The notes under the pieces are model-generated. The model saw only the letters and a program-made list of their open reading frames with translations, did not search any database and was not told the DNA's origin. DNA of 64,000 bases from an uncultured Holophagales bacterium (GTDB lineage Bacteria > Acidobacteriota > Thermoanaerobaculia > Multivoradales > UBA5704), in contig CAWJGT010000003.1 in NCBI GenBank assembly GCA_963842525.1, forward strand, positions 1,376,001 through 1,440,000. The letters are read 5' to 3'. A program made the translations under genes and the position numbers. How positions within the stretch are numbered: position 1 is the first letter of the stretch; each line of letters begins with the position of its first letter. This document shows positions 21,204-31,400 of this stretch, piece by piece.

Positions 21204-22625
21204 TCACTGAAAGTACCCGTTCACATCCACGATCAGGTGGACCGCCCCCGCGGGCGAGTTGCAGCGGACTCCCAGCGCGCCGCTCCCGGACGAGGCGAGC
21301 ATCAGGACCGCGTTGTTGGCGCGCACCTGGCCGGCGGAGAAGTTGATGCTGCTCGTCCCCGGGGCCGTGGCGTTGCCCGGAAAGAAGATCAGAAGGCCGA
21401 GCCCGGGGGCCGAATCCACGGTGACGTTGACGGAGAGCGCCTTCGCAGTCGTGGGGATTCCACAGACGCCGGTCGCCCGGATCACCCGGGAAAACCCGGG
21501 CGCCAGCGCCGGGCCGCCATAGGGGCCGGAGGGAGTGCGGGTGTCGAGGATCCGGCAGGGGGTCACCGTATGGAAGCCGAGATTGTTGGCGCTGGTCGCC
21601 ACGGCCGGCTGCCAGCCGCGCTGGATCACCTCGAAATCCGAGGTCTTCAGGGAAGCGAAAGCGGGATTCAGGACGTCGTTGTCCCAGTTGGCGTCGTAGG
21701 TGCCCTGGATGTACATGTCCGAGCCGTTGTCCGCCAGGATCAGGCCGTAGGTCTTCATGGCCTGGAAGATCTTCTGGACATAGGCAGGGTATCCGGAGAT
21801 GTCCTTGCTCGCCTTCAAACGCAGCCGCGCCCCCAGGGGCGGAGCATTGACATTGCTGCTCGTGCTCGCGTCGTGCGAAGCCGGCCAGACGTAGCCTCTG
21901 ACGGGAAACGTCGTGAAGCGGAAGGCGTGGCGGATCGGATCCGGGCCGAAGACCTCGTCATAGCGGATCAGCCCGGGGAAGATCGCGAGCCCGGCCGCGT
22001 CGGCGCTGGTCCAGGTCTCGGGCCGCCGGTCGTTCGAGTCGAGGGAGAAGATCGCTCCCGACCCTGCCTCCCAGCGGTTTTGCGCGGTGTCCCAGAAGGT
22101 GTGATACAGCTCGTACAGGATGCGGTTTTCCCGGTCGACGATGAGTAGATGGCGGTCGCCGCCAGGGTTCTCATTTCCTGCGTTTCCACCCTCGATCCAC
22201 CGCGTCTGGGTCTTGGCCTCGTTGGGAATCGGATAGCCCGAGGGATGGCCGGGAAAGCCGGCGTCGCTCTGGTTCCCGAACTCGACAAAGGTGACCGGCA
22301 CCCGGGGCTGGCTGGCCGGCACGCTGGCATAGGGGAAGCCGTAAATCTCTGGATTGGACGGACCGTTTGCGTCACCGCCGAAGTCCGGATGGAGCCCGAC
22401 GTTCGCGCCGATGAAGTTGATGAAATTCGTGCTGTTCGGATCGACCGGCGCCGCGCTGACGTCCTGGTTCCACCAGTTGTCCGGCGGAAAGAGGGGTAGG
22501 GGCGTGGGAAGCGGGCCGTTGCGGACGGCTTGTGCGAAGAGGGGAGACGAAAGCGTCCCGAGAAGAAGAGAGAGGAAGAGAGACCGCCAGTGTCGACACA
22601 TATGCCATACCCTCCGCGGCTCCAT
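21204..22625 (-). CDS. Secreted protein of unknown function with C-terminal 'PCRILDTR...DVNGYF' beta-sandwich domain
   Basis: Signal peptide (LFLSLLLGTLSSPLFA), LFPPDNWWNQDVS...GDRHLLIVD...WTSADAAGL core, C-terminal FHTVTPCRILDTR...HLIVDVNGYFQ. Confidence 0.8.
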   Translation of the reverse strand: MEPRRVWHMCRHWRSLFLSLLLGTLSSPLFAQAVRNGPLPTPLPLFPPDNWWNQDVSAAPVDPNSTNFINFIGANVGLHPDFGGDANGPSNPEIYGFPYASVPASQPRVPVTFVEFGNQSDAGFPGHPSGYPIPNEAKTQTRWIEGGNAGNENPGGDRHLLIVDRENRILYELYHTFWDTAQNRWEAGSGAIFSLDSNDRRPETWTSADAAGLAIFPGLIRYDEVFGPDPIRHAFRFTTFPVRGYVWPASHDASTSSNVNAPPLGARLRLKASKDISGYPAYVQKIFQAMKTYGLILADNGSDMYIQGTYDANWDNDVLNPAFASLKTSDFEVIQRGWQPAVATSANNLGFHTVTPCRILDTRTPSGPYGGPALAPGFSRVIRATGVCGIPTTAKALSVNVTVDSAPGLGLLIFFPGNATAPGTSSINFSAGQVRANNAVLMLASSGSGALGVRCNSPAGAVHLIVDVNGYFQ

Positions 22626-22697
22626 ACCGGTAGAGCCCTGTGTGCATACACGAGAAAACTAGAGGATAGGTTAGCGGGTGGGGAGGGTGGGTGTCAA

Positions 22698-22943
22698 AAC
22701 CTCACCCCCTGTCCCCCTCTCCCATCGCCCCCCCCACCGACCGGGAGAGGGGGGACGCAGGCGAAGCGTTTGAGGCAAGGTCGATGCGGCCTCTCGTCAG
22801 ATAGATTGCACAGGCGCAGCCTGCGCGCCCACCAACCTGATCGACTCGTACCCGCTCCCGTTCGCCGCACACCGCCTGATCTACGTTCCCCCTCTCCCGG
22901 TCGGTGGGGGGGGCGATGGGAGAGGGGGACAGGGGGTGAGGTT
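22698..22943. repeat. Long inverted repeat (~56-bp arms, each arm itself a hairpin); REP/MITE-like
   Basis: AACCTCACCCCCTGTCCCCCTCTCCCATCGCCCCCCCCACCGACCGGGAGAGGGGG at 22698-22753 and its reverse complement at 22888-22943. Confidence 0.85.
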
Positions 22944-25900
22944 ATGCCTTCCCCAGCGCCTCGTCACCCGCAGTGCCCGCCTCCGCCTCCCGTGTCCCGG
23001 CCCGCCTCTTCTCGGCCCGGGCGAGCTGCCATTCGGCGAAGGCGGTGTAGATCACCGGCACCAGGATCAGGGTGACCAGGGTGGAGACCGTCATGCCGCC
23101 GATCACCACGCGGGCCATCGAGGCCTGCACCTCGGCGCCTTCTCCGATGCCGAGGGCCAGGGGGATCAGGCCGAGCACCGTGGCGGCCGTGGTCATCAGG
23201 ATGGGGCGCAGGCGCCGCCGGCTCCCCTCGGTCACCGCCTCGTGGAGCGGGAAGTCGTCGCGCCGGCGCAGCAGGTTGACGTAGTCGATCAGCACGATCG
23301 CGTTGTTGGTGACGATGCCGATCAGCAGGATCATCCCGATATAGCTCTGGATGTTGAACGTCGTGTTGGTGAGCCACATGGTGAGGAAGACGCCCACGGC
23401 GGCGGTGGGTACCGAGAACATGACCACGAACGGGTCGAGCAGGTTCTCGAACTGCGCGGCCATCACCATGTAGACCAGCAGGATGGACAGCGCGAGCGCG
23501 ATCAGGAGCTGCCGCGTGGCCTTCTGCTGCTCCTCGTACTCGCCGCCCACTACGAGCGCGAAGTTCTCCGGAACGTCGATCGTCTGCAGGGCCTCGCGGG
23601 TCTCGGCCGCCAGGGAGCCGAGGTCGCGGCCGGCGGCGGCGGTCGCGGAGACGTTGATCACCCGCTCCTGCTCCCTGCGGTCGATCTCCACCGGGCCGTG
23701 CGAATGGACGATGTCGACCACATTGCGCAGCGGCACGGGCTGGCCGGTGGAGGAGACCAGCGTCACCTTGTCGACGTCGGCGAGCAGCTCGCGGTCCTGC
23801 TCGGCGAGGCGGACGACGATGTCGTACTCGCGCCCGGAGCGCCGCAGCACGGCGGCGCGGCTCCCGGCCACGTTGGTCTCGATGATCCCGGCCACCTGGT
23901 TCATGGAGAGGCCCAGGCGCGCGATCTTGTCGCGGTTGATCCGCATCACGCGCTCCGGCCGGCCGGGCTCGCGCTCGATGCGGACGTCTTCCAGGCCGTC
24001 GATCTGCGAGAGCGTCCGCTCCACCTGGTCGGCGAGGGCGAAGCCGGTGTCGAGGTCGTGTCCCCGCACCTCGACCTGCAGCCCTTCCTGGTTGTCGCCG
24101 AAGGCCCGGTTGAGGACGTACAGCCCTGAGCCCTCGCGGGCGCGCACTTCCGTGCCGGGGAGGCCGGCGAGGCGGGTGCGCAGGGTGTCCGCGATCTCCT
24201 GCGCGGAGCGGTCGCGCTCGGACTTGGGGACGAGCGTCAGGCGTACGTCTCCGGTGTAGCCGCCGTCCGCTCCCCAGCCGCCGCCGCCGACGTTGGTCAG
24301 CATGCTCTTGGCCTCGGGGACCTCGGCCGCGATGACCTCCTCGATCTGGCGCATGTTCTCGTTCATCAGCTCGAGGCGGGTCCCGACGGCCATCTCGGCG
24401 TCGATCCGCACTTCCCCCTCGTCGGTCTGGGGCATCAGCTCCGAGCCGAGGAAGGGGACGATCAAGAGGCCCAGCACGAACAGGCCGACGGCGCCGAGCA
24501 CCACCGAGGCGCGGTGGGCGAGCGCCCAGTGCAGGCTGCCCCGGTAGCGCTCCTCGAGCCTGGAGACGAAGCTCTCGCTCCCGTCGTAGAAGCGCGCCAA
24601 CGGCCGCCAGTGCGGAATGGCATGGGCCTTCCCGCGGCGGAGCAGGTGAGCGGCGAGCATCGGGGTGAGCGTCAGGCCGATGAGGAGTGAGGCGAGCTGC
24701 GAAAAAGCCACCACCACGGCGAGCTGGCGGTACATGATCCCCGCCATCCCCTCCATGAAGAGGATGGGCAGGAAGACCACCATCGTGGTGAACGTGGTCG
24801 CGATGAGCGGCGCCGCAACCTCCTGCGTGCCGAGCACGGCGCAGGTCTCGGGGTCGAGCCCCTCCTCGCGTTTGCGGAAGATGTTCTCCAGCACCACGAC
24901 CGCGTTGTCGAGCAGCATTCCCACGCCGAGGGCGAGGCCGCCGAAGGTCATGATGTTGAGCGTGTAGCCGTTCAGGTAGATCAGGGCGAAGGTGGCCGCG
25001 ATGGTGATCGGCGTCACCGTGGCGACCACCAGCGTCGAGCGGATCGAGCGCAGGAAGAAGAGCAGGACAAGCACGGCCAGGAAGCCGCCCACCAAGGCGT
25101 TGGAGCTGACGTTCGAGATCGCCTGGCGGATGTAGATGCTGCTGTCCACGATCGGGACCACCTTCACCTGCGGGAAATCGCGGTTCAGGCGCTCCACCTC
25201 GGTCAGGATCGCATCGGCCACCTGCACCGTGTTGGCGCCCGACTGCTTGTTGATCGACAGACGGATGCCCGGCTGGCCGTTGATGCGCACCAGCGAGGTG
25301 ACCTCCTCGGTGCCCTCCCGGACCTCGGCGATGTCGCGCAGGTAGATGGGGACGCCCTCGCGGACCGCCACGACTGTAGAGCCGATCTCCTCGGCGCCGC
25401 GGTATTCGCCCACCGTGCGCAGGAAGACGTCGAGGTTGCCGTCCTCGACCTTGCCGGCCGGCCGGTTGAGGTTCTCCTCGCGCAGCATCGTCGTGACGCG
25501 GTCGGCCGAGAGGCCCAGCGTCAGCATCCTGTCGCGGTCGAGGTTGACCTGGACCTGGCGCCGCAGGCCGCCGCGGATGTCCACCGCGGCCACGCCCGGG
25601 ACCCTCTCGATGCGGTGCTCGATCTGTTCCTCGGTGAACTCGCGCAGGTCGATGGCGTTCAAGCTGGTCGAGGAGATCCCCAGGAAAATGATGGGGAAGG
25701 AGGCGAGGTCGAACTTGACGACCGACGGGGTCTCTGCCTCCTGGGGGAGCCGGCCGCGGATGCGGTCGACGCGGCTCCGCACCTCCTCGGCCGCGTCGTC
25801 GAGGTCGGTCCCCCAGGTGAAGGCGACCCGCACCGACGACTCGCCCTCCTCGGAGTTCGAGGTGATCGTATCCACGCCGGCGATCGCCGACACGGCCTCT

Positions 25901-26103
25901 TCGATCGGCCGGGTGACGAGGTCCTCCACCTCCTGCGGCCCGACGTTGGGGTAGTCGGTGCGGACGGTGAGGGTCGGCGACGTCACGTCGGGCAGGAGGT
26001 CGACCGGCAGCCGGGTCACGGCCACGCCGCCGAGCAGCGTCACGATGAGCACCCCCATGGTCGTGGCCACGGGGCGATGGACGGCGGAGCGGATGAAGTT
26101 CAC
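22942..26103 (-). CDS. RND efflux transporter permease (AcrB/AcrD/AcrF family)
   Basis: GTG start overlapping the MFP stop. FIRSAVHRPVAT, LPVDLLPDV, GLALGVGMLLDNAVVVLENI, RRLRPILMTT. Confidence 0.92.
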   Translation of the reverse strand: MNFIRSAVHRPVATTMGVLIVTLLGGVAVTRLPVDLLPDVTSPTLTVRTDYPNVGPQEVEDLVTRPIEEAVSAIAGVDTITSNSEEGESSVRVAFTWGTDLDDAAEEVRSRVDRIRGRLPQEAETPSVVKFDLASFPIIFLGISSTSLNAIDLREFTEEQIEHRIERVPGVAAVDIRGGLRRQVQVNLDRDRMLTLGLSADRVTTMLREENLNRPAGKVEDGNLDVFLRTVGEYRGAEEIGSTVVAVREGVPIYLRDIAEVREGTEEVTSLVRINGQPGIRLSINKQSGANTVQVADAILTEVERLNRDFPQVKVVPIVDSSIYIRQAISNVSSNALVGGFLAVLVLLFFLRSIRSTLVVATVTPITIAATFALIYLNGYTLNIMTFGGLALGVGMLLDNAVVVLENIFRKREEGLDPETCAVLGTQEVAAPLIATTFTTMVVFLPILFMEGMAGIMYRQLAVVVAFSQLASLLIGLTLTPMLAAHLLRRGKAHAIPHWRPLARFYDGSESFVSRLEERYRGSLHWALAHRASVVLGAVGLFVLGLLIVPFLGSELMPQTDEGEVRIDAEMAVGTRLELMNENMRQIEEVIAAEVPEAKSMLTNVGGGGWGADGGYTGDVRLTLVPKSERDRSAQEIADTLRTRLAGLPGTEVRAREGSGLYVLNRAFGDNQEGLQVEVRGHDLDTGFALADQVERTLSQIDGLEDVRIEREPGRPERVMRINRDKIARLGLSMNQVAGIIETNVAGSRAAVLRRSGREYDIVVRLAEQDRELLADVDKVTLVSSTGQPVPLRNVVDIVHSHGPVEIDRREQERVINVSATAAAGRDLGSLAAETREALQTIDVPENFALVVGGEYEEQQKATRQLLIALALSILLVYMVMAAQFENLLDPFVVMFSVPTAAVGVFLTMWLTNTTFNIQSYIGMILLIGIVTNNAIVLIDYVNLLRRRDDFPLHEAVTEGSRRRLRPILMTTAATVLGLIPLALGIGEGAEVQASMARVVIGGMTVSTLVTLILVPVIYTAFAEWQLARAEKRRAGTREAEAGTAGDEALGKA

Positions 26104-27398
26104 AGTGCCCTCCTGGTGCTGCTTTCCTGCACGCCAGGGATCGCCCCCACGGCCGCCCCGGGGCCTGCCTGCCGGGCTCCGGCGCCGGCGCGGGCGAGGA
26201 TCACCGGAGCGCCGTCCCGCAGGTCCTGCTGGCCGATGGTGATCACCTGCTGCCCGGGCTGGAGCGCGCCCTCGACGGCGATCTGATCCTGCGCCTTGTC
26301 GGTGCCGGTGCCGATCCGCTTGACCGGTACCTTCTTGGCGGTCCAGGTCGGCGGCGCCCCCTCTTCGCGGGCGGGCGCCTGCCGCGCCACGAAGAGGAAG
26401 GCCTCGCGCTCGTCTTCCAGCACGGCCGCGCGCGGCACGAGGAGCGCTCCGGGCTCGGTGGCGAAAGCGATGGAGACGTTGGCGAACATGCCGGGCTTCA
26501 GGCGCCCGTCGGCGTTGGCGATCTCCACCTCGGCCTCGGTGGTGTTGGTCTCCGGATCGAAGACCGAGGCGATGCGGGCCACCACGCCCTGGAATCCGGT
26601 GCCCGGGAAGGCGTCGGCCGTGACCGTCGCCGTCTGGCCCGGGCGGACGCGCGCCGCATCCTTCTCGGTGAGCGGGATCGTGGTCTTGATCGTCGACAGG
26701 TCCACCAGCGTGAAGACGGGGCGGTTGGTGGCCGCGAAGGCCCCCCGGTCGAGATGGCGCTTGCCGATCACGCCGGAGAAAGGGGCGATGATGAGGGCCT
26801 TTTCGAGCTCGGCCCGCGTCACACCGAGGTTGGCGCGCGCCTGCGCGACCGCCGCCTGGGCCACCTGCACCTGCGCCGCCGCTCCCTGCAGCTCGGCCTG
26901 CGCCGCGTCGTGCTGCTGCTGCGCCACGAGCTGCTGCTGGTAGAGGCTCTCCGTGCGGTCGGCGGTGGTGCGGGCGATGCCGAGCGCGGCCCGGCGTTCC
27001 CCGAGCGTCGCCTCGGCCATGCGCACGGCCGCCTGGGCCTGCTCGACGCGCTCGCCGAGCTCGCCGGGATCGATGCGGGCAAGCACCTGGCCGGAGCCGA
27101 CCGGGTCGCCCGTGTCGACACGCATCTCGACGATCTGGCCGTTGAGCTTGGCGTACAGCTCGGCGGTCGCCTCCGCCTGCAGAGTGCCGACGAACTCGGC
27201 GCTTGCCACGAAGCTGCCGCGGGAGACCGGCGAGGTCGCCACCGTGGCCGGGCCGCCCATGCCGGGCCCCCCGAAACCGCCTCCGCCCCCGTTGCCGCGA
27301 CGCCCCCCTTCCTCCCCCTTGCGGGCGAAGGCCACGAAGTAGATCCCTGCCAGGACAAGGACCAGGACCATGGTGCGAAAGACGAGTTTCTTGTTCAT
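26100..27398 (-). CDS. RND efflux periplasmic adaptor (membrane fusion protein)
   Basis: N-terminal TM, GDPVGSGQVLARID, helical hairpin, IAPFSGVI, LKPGMFANV. Confidence 0.92.
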   Translation of the reverse strand: MNKKLVFRTMVLVLVLAGIYFVAFARKGEEGGRRGNGGGGGFGGPGMGGPATVATSPVSRGSFVASAEFVGTLQAEATAELYAKLNGQIVEMRVDTGDPVGSGQVLARIDPGELGERVEQAQAAVRMAEATLGERRAALGIARTTADRTESLYQQQLVAQQQHDAAQAELQGAAAQVQVAQAAVAQARANLGVTRAELEKALIIAPFSGVIGKRHLDRGAFAATNRPVFTLVDLSTIKTTIPLTEKDAARVRPGQTATVTADAFPGTGFQGVVARIASVFDPETNTTEAEVEIANADGRLKPGMFANVSIAFATEPGALLVPRAAVLEDEREAFLFVARQAPAREEGAPPTWTAKKVPVKRIGTGTDKAQDQIAVEGALQPGQQVITIGQQDLRDGAPVILARAGAGARQAGPGAAVGAIPGVQESSTRRAL

Positions 27399-27521
27399 TT
27401 CGAAGGACTTGTCCGCGCTGCACCCCTGCCGGCCCCGAATGTAGCACGGGGCTGTGGCAGTGCTGTAAATAGATTGTAAAAGATGGCTCCCGCGCTGCGC
27501 CGCGCGGGTTCTCCCCCCACT

Positions 27522-27950
27522 CTAGGAACCGGGAGGGAGCCCGGCCAATTTCCGGAACGGCTCGCGCAGCGGCTCCGGAGTGCGGCAGGGGCGGCCGGTG
27601 GCCCCTTCCACCCAGATGTGCTCGGTGGCGCCGGTCGCCAGGAGCTCCTCGTCCTTGAAGACCTCATAGGCGAAGCGCACCCCCCGGCTGCCCAGCTTGT
27701 CGCCCCAGCAGACCACCCGCACCGTATCGCCATAGCGCGCCGGTCGGCGGTAGCGGATCTCCACCCCGGTCACCATCAGCAGGAAGCCCAATTTCTCGAT
27801 GTCAGCGTAATGGTACCCGGACATCGCGCACAGCCGCGTCCGCGCCAGCTCGAACCAGACCACGTAGTTGGCGTGATGGACCACCCCCATCTGGTCGGTC
27901 TCGGCGTAGCGCACCTCGATGTCGGTGGCGCAGCGGGTGGGGGTGGTCAT
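27522..27950 (-). CDS. Acyl-CoA thioesterase (YbgC/FadM hotdog family)
   Basis: VRYAETDQMGVVHHANYVVWFELAR, YRRPARYGD. Confidence 0.9.
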   Translation of the reverse strand: MTTPTRCATDIEVRYAETDQMGVVHHANYVVWFELARTRLCAMSGYHYADIEKLGFLLMVTGVEIRYRRPARYGDTVRVVCWGDKLGSRGVRFAYEVFKDEELLATGATEHIWVEGATGRPCRTPEPLREPFRKLAGLPPGS

Positions 27951-28048
27951 GATGGTCTCTCTCCGCTCCAGCCGTGATGAAAGCGCGGGTATCATAGTGT
28001 CACCCCCTGGCGAGGTGATCAGATCCGTGTTGGGCTCCAGCCCCGTCG

Positions 28049-28075
28049 TGTCATCCTGAGCGCAGCGAAGGATCT
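28049..28075. repeat. REP-like element
   Basis: TGTCATCCTGAGCGCAGCGAAGGATCT, a short hairpin (ATCCT/AGGAT) of a common intergenic REP type. Confidence 0.55.
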
Positions 28076-28151
28076 GGGGGCTGCACTGCCTTCCGAGACC
28101 TCTCTGGATGACCTGGGGGAGGGAAATTTTCAGGACATCTGTTTCCGAATC

Positions 28152-28223
28152 GTCCTGATCTTCCTCAGATCTGTCCTGATCTTACTTCTTTCTGTCCTCA
28201 TCTTCGGACGACCGGGCCTGATC
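28152..28223. repeat. Short 21-bp-period degenerate array
   Basis: GKCCTSATC at 28152, 28173, 28194 and 28215. Confidence 0.65.
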
Positions 28224-28435
28224 CGAGGCGGATTTCCGAAGATCCTCTCCGGATTTCTCCTCACCAGTTTAGATCAGGCCAGATCCGCTCTCCATTCCGC
28301 GGGATCGGCGTTCGGCAACAGCTCTCGGGAGCCGACGAAGACGTTCCGCGCGGTAAACATCACCTCCCTGGCACCTATGCGCGCCCGCAGCCTCATCCAA
28401 TAAGGTCGGAGGGTCGGCCCAACGGCAGGGTAGAC

Positions 28436-31400
28436 TTGGACATGCTTCACCTCCGCCTCCACCAGCACGCGGTGGGTGAGGGCCGCCACCGGGTGGACCT
28501 CTCCCTCGACGGCGACGGCGCCCCGCGCACTGCCACCTCGACGTTCGACTTCAGCCTGACTCCGCAGGATGGAGAAGATTTGCGCTGGTATCTGGAAGAG
28601 TTCCTCCAGTACCCCCAGGAGCCGGCGCCCACGATCGCGCGGCGGATCGAAGGGCGAATGGCGGAGGTGGGGACGGAGCTGTTCAAGGGGGTGTTCCAGG
28701 AGAACGACGACGCCCGGGACGTCTGGAGCCGGGTGCGGGAGCGGCTGGGGGAGACGCGGATCGAGATCATCACCGGGGTGGCCGAGGCGAGCACGATCCC
28801 CTGGGAGCTGCTGCGGGAGCCGAAGAGGGACGCGGCCCTGGCCCTCACGGCCCACTCATTCGTGCGCGCCCAGCCCAACGCGGCCCTCGCGCCCCAGCTT
28901 CCAGTCAGGAAGAAAGGGAAGATCCGCATCCTCCTGGTCATCTGCCGGCCGCAGGCGGAGCAGGATGTGCCGTTCCGCTCGGTGGCGAACCAGCTCATCC
29001 GCGGGCTCGACGCGGCCAACCGGGAGGCCTACGACCTGGACGTCTTGCGCCCTCCCACCTTCGAGCAACTGGGTAAGGTGCTCCGCCAAGCGCACAGGGA
29101 CGGCAATCCCTATCATGTGGTCCACTTCGACGGCCACGGCATGTACAGGGAGATCAAGGAGCCCGGAGCGCTCGGGACTCTCGTGGGGCACCTGACCTCG
29201 ATCGTCCTCGCCGGACCGCGCGCGGGCAAGCACGGCTATCTCTGGTTCGAGAACCCGCAGCTCGAAGCCGGCAGCGAGCTGGTGGACGGCACCTCGTTGG
29301 GTCAGCTCCTCGCGGCGACAGGGGTGCCCGTCCTCGTCCTCAATGCCTGCCGCTCGGCCCACACAGAGCCGGCGGCGGAGCCGGGAGCGGCGGACGATCC
29401 CCACTCGCAGGTCCGGGCCTTCGGCTCGCTCGCCCAGGAGGTGATGGACGCCGGCGTGGCCGGGGTTGTGGCGATGCGCTACAACGTCTACGTGGTCACC
29501 GCCGCCCGGCTCGCGGCCGAGCTCTACGCCGCCCTCGCCCGCGGCGGCTCGCTGGGCGAGGCGGTCACACTGGCACGCAAGAACCTGGCGGACAACCCGC
29601 TGCGCGAGGTGATCTACGCGCCCCTGCCGCTCCAGGATTGGGCGGTGCCTGTCGTCTACGAGGCAGCTCCGCTGAAGCTCTTCCCGAAGGCGAAGGACGA
29701 CAGCGGCCTGAAGATCAATATCTCCAACATCGCGGCAGGAGCGTCGGCCACGGCGAGCCCGCAAGCCGCCGGCCTCGATCCCGACCTCCCTCCATCTCCA
29801 GACATCGGCTTCTATGGCCGCGACGAGACGCTCCTCGCCCTCGACCGCGCCTTCGACCGGGACTCGATCGCCCTCCTCCACGCCTACGCCGGCAGCGGCA
29901 AGACCACGACCGCCGCCGAGTTTGCCCGGTGGTATTCACTGACCGGCGGCGTCGAAGGCCCCGTCCTCTTCACCACCTTCGAGCGCTACCTCCCCCTGCC
30001 CCGCGTGCTGGACCGCATCGGCCAGGTCTTCGGCCCGGCGCTGGAGGGGGCAGACGTCCACTGGCTGGCGCTCGACGACGCCACGCGGCGGCAGGTGGCT
30101 CTGCAGGTTCTCGCCCAGGTGCCGGTGCTGTGGATCTGGGACAACGTCGAGCCGGTGGCCGGCTTCCCGGCGGGCACAGAGTCGGCCTGGAACGCGACGG
30201 AGCAGGAGGAGGTGCTCGATTTCCTGAGGGCGCTGCGAGGCACGAGAGTGAAGATTCTCCTGACCTCCCGTCGCGATGAGCGCTCCTGGTTGGGGGACCT
30301 GCCCACGCGCATCGCAGTCCCGCCTATGCTCATGACCGAGAGCCTTCAGCTCGTCCGCGCCTTGGCCGCCAAGCGCCGCCGCCGTCTCACCGACGTCGAG
30401 GACTGGCGCCCGCTCCTCGCCTTTGCCCAGGGCAACCCCCTGACGCTGACCGTCCTCGCGGGCCAGGCGCTACGCGAGGGGTTGAAGACGAAGGGGCAGA
30501 TTGAAGATTTCGTTGCCCGCCTCCGCTCCGGCGAAGCCGCTTTCCCCGATGAGATCCTCGAAGGGCGCTCCCGCTCTCTCGGCGCCTCACTCGCCTACGG
30601 GTTCGAGCAGGCTTTCAATGAGGAAGAACGGAAGAAGCTTGCACTGCTCCATCTGTTCCAGGGGTTTGTGGACGTGAATGTGCTGCTCGCTATGGGCCTC
30701 CCCGAGGTCGCGTGGTGCCTGCCCGAGGTGCGGGGCCTGACCCGAGACCAGGGCATCACTCTCCTCGACCGCGCCGCCGAAGTGGGGCTCCTAGCCGCCC
30801 ATGGTGGCCGGTTCTATGGAATCCACCCTGCTCTCCCCTGGTTCTTCAAAGGCCTTTTCGAGCAGTGCTACCCAGCCGAAGACTTCGTGGCCGCACGCGC
30901 GTTCGTCGAGGCCATGAGCGCGTTAGGGGAGTACTACATCCTTCAGTATGCCAGTGGGAACCAAGATGTCCTTGTCACCCTGCGGGCCGAGGAGGCGAAC
31001 CTTCTCCACGCTCGCCGATTGGCGCGGGGTCACGGCTGGTGGGCGCAGATCACCAGCACCATGCAAGGGCTCAGGGCGCTTTATGAGCCCGCCGGCCGGT
31101 GGGCGGAGTGGAAACAGTTGGTCGAGGAGGTCGTACCGGACTTCGTTGATCCTTCGAATGATGGGCCCTTGCCAGAGCGGGAGGAGGAATGGAGCTTGGT
31201 GACGCAGTACCGCGTATTACTGGCTAATGAGGAGGGGAGATGGGCCGAGGCCGAGCGGCTTCAGACTGCTCACGTAAAATGGATCCGACAACGCGCTGCT
31301 CTTAGTTTGGCCCTGCCGGTAGAGGAGTTGGCCGGTGAAGGCCGGAATGAGGTCCGGGCTCTTGCGGTTTCTCTTCACGCGCTAGGGCAGAACCGTCGCG

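Noticed and set aside
26104-27447. N-terminal ~450-aa extension of the 1501-aa RND ORF
   Set aside because: Arg/Gly-rich off-frame overlap of the MFP gene. The real start is GTG 26103.
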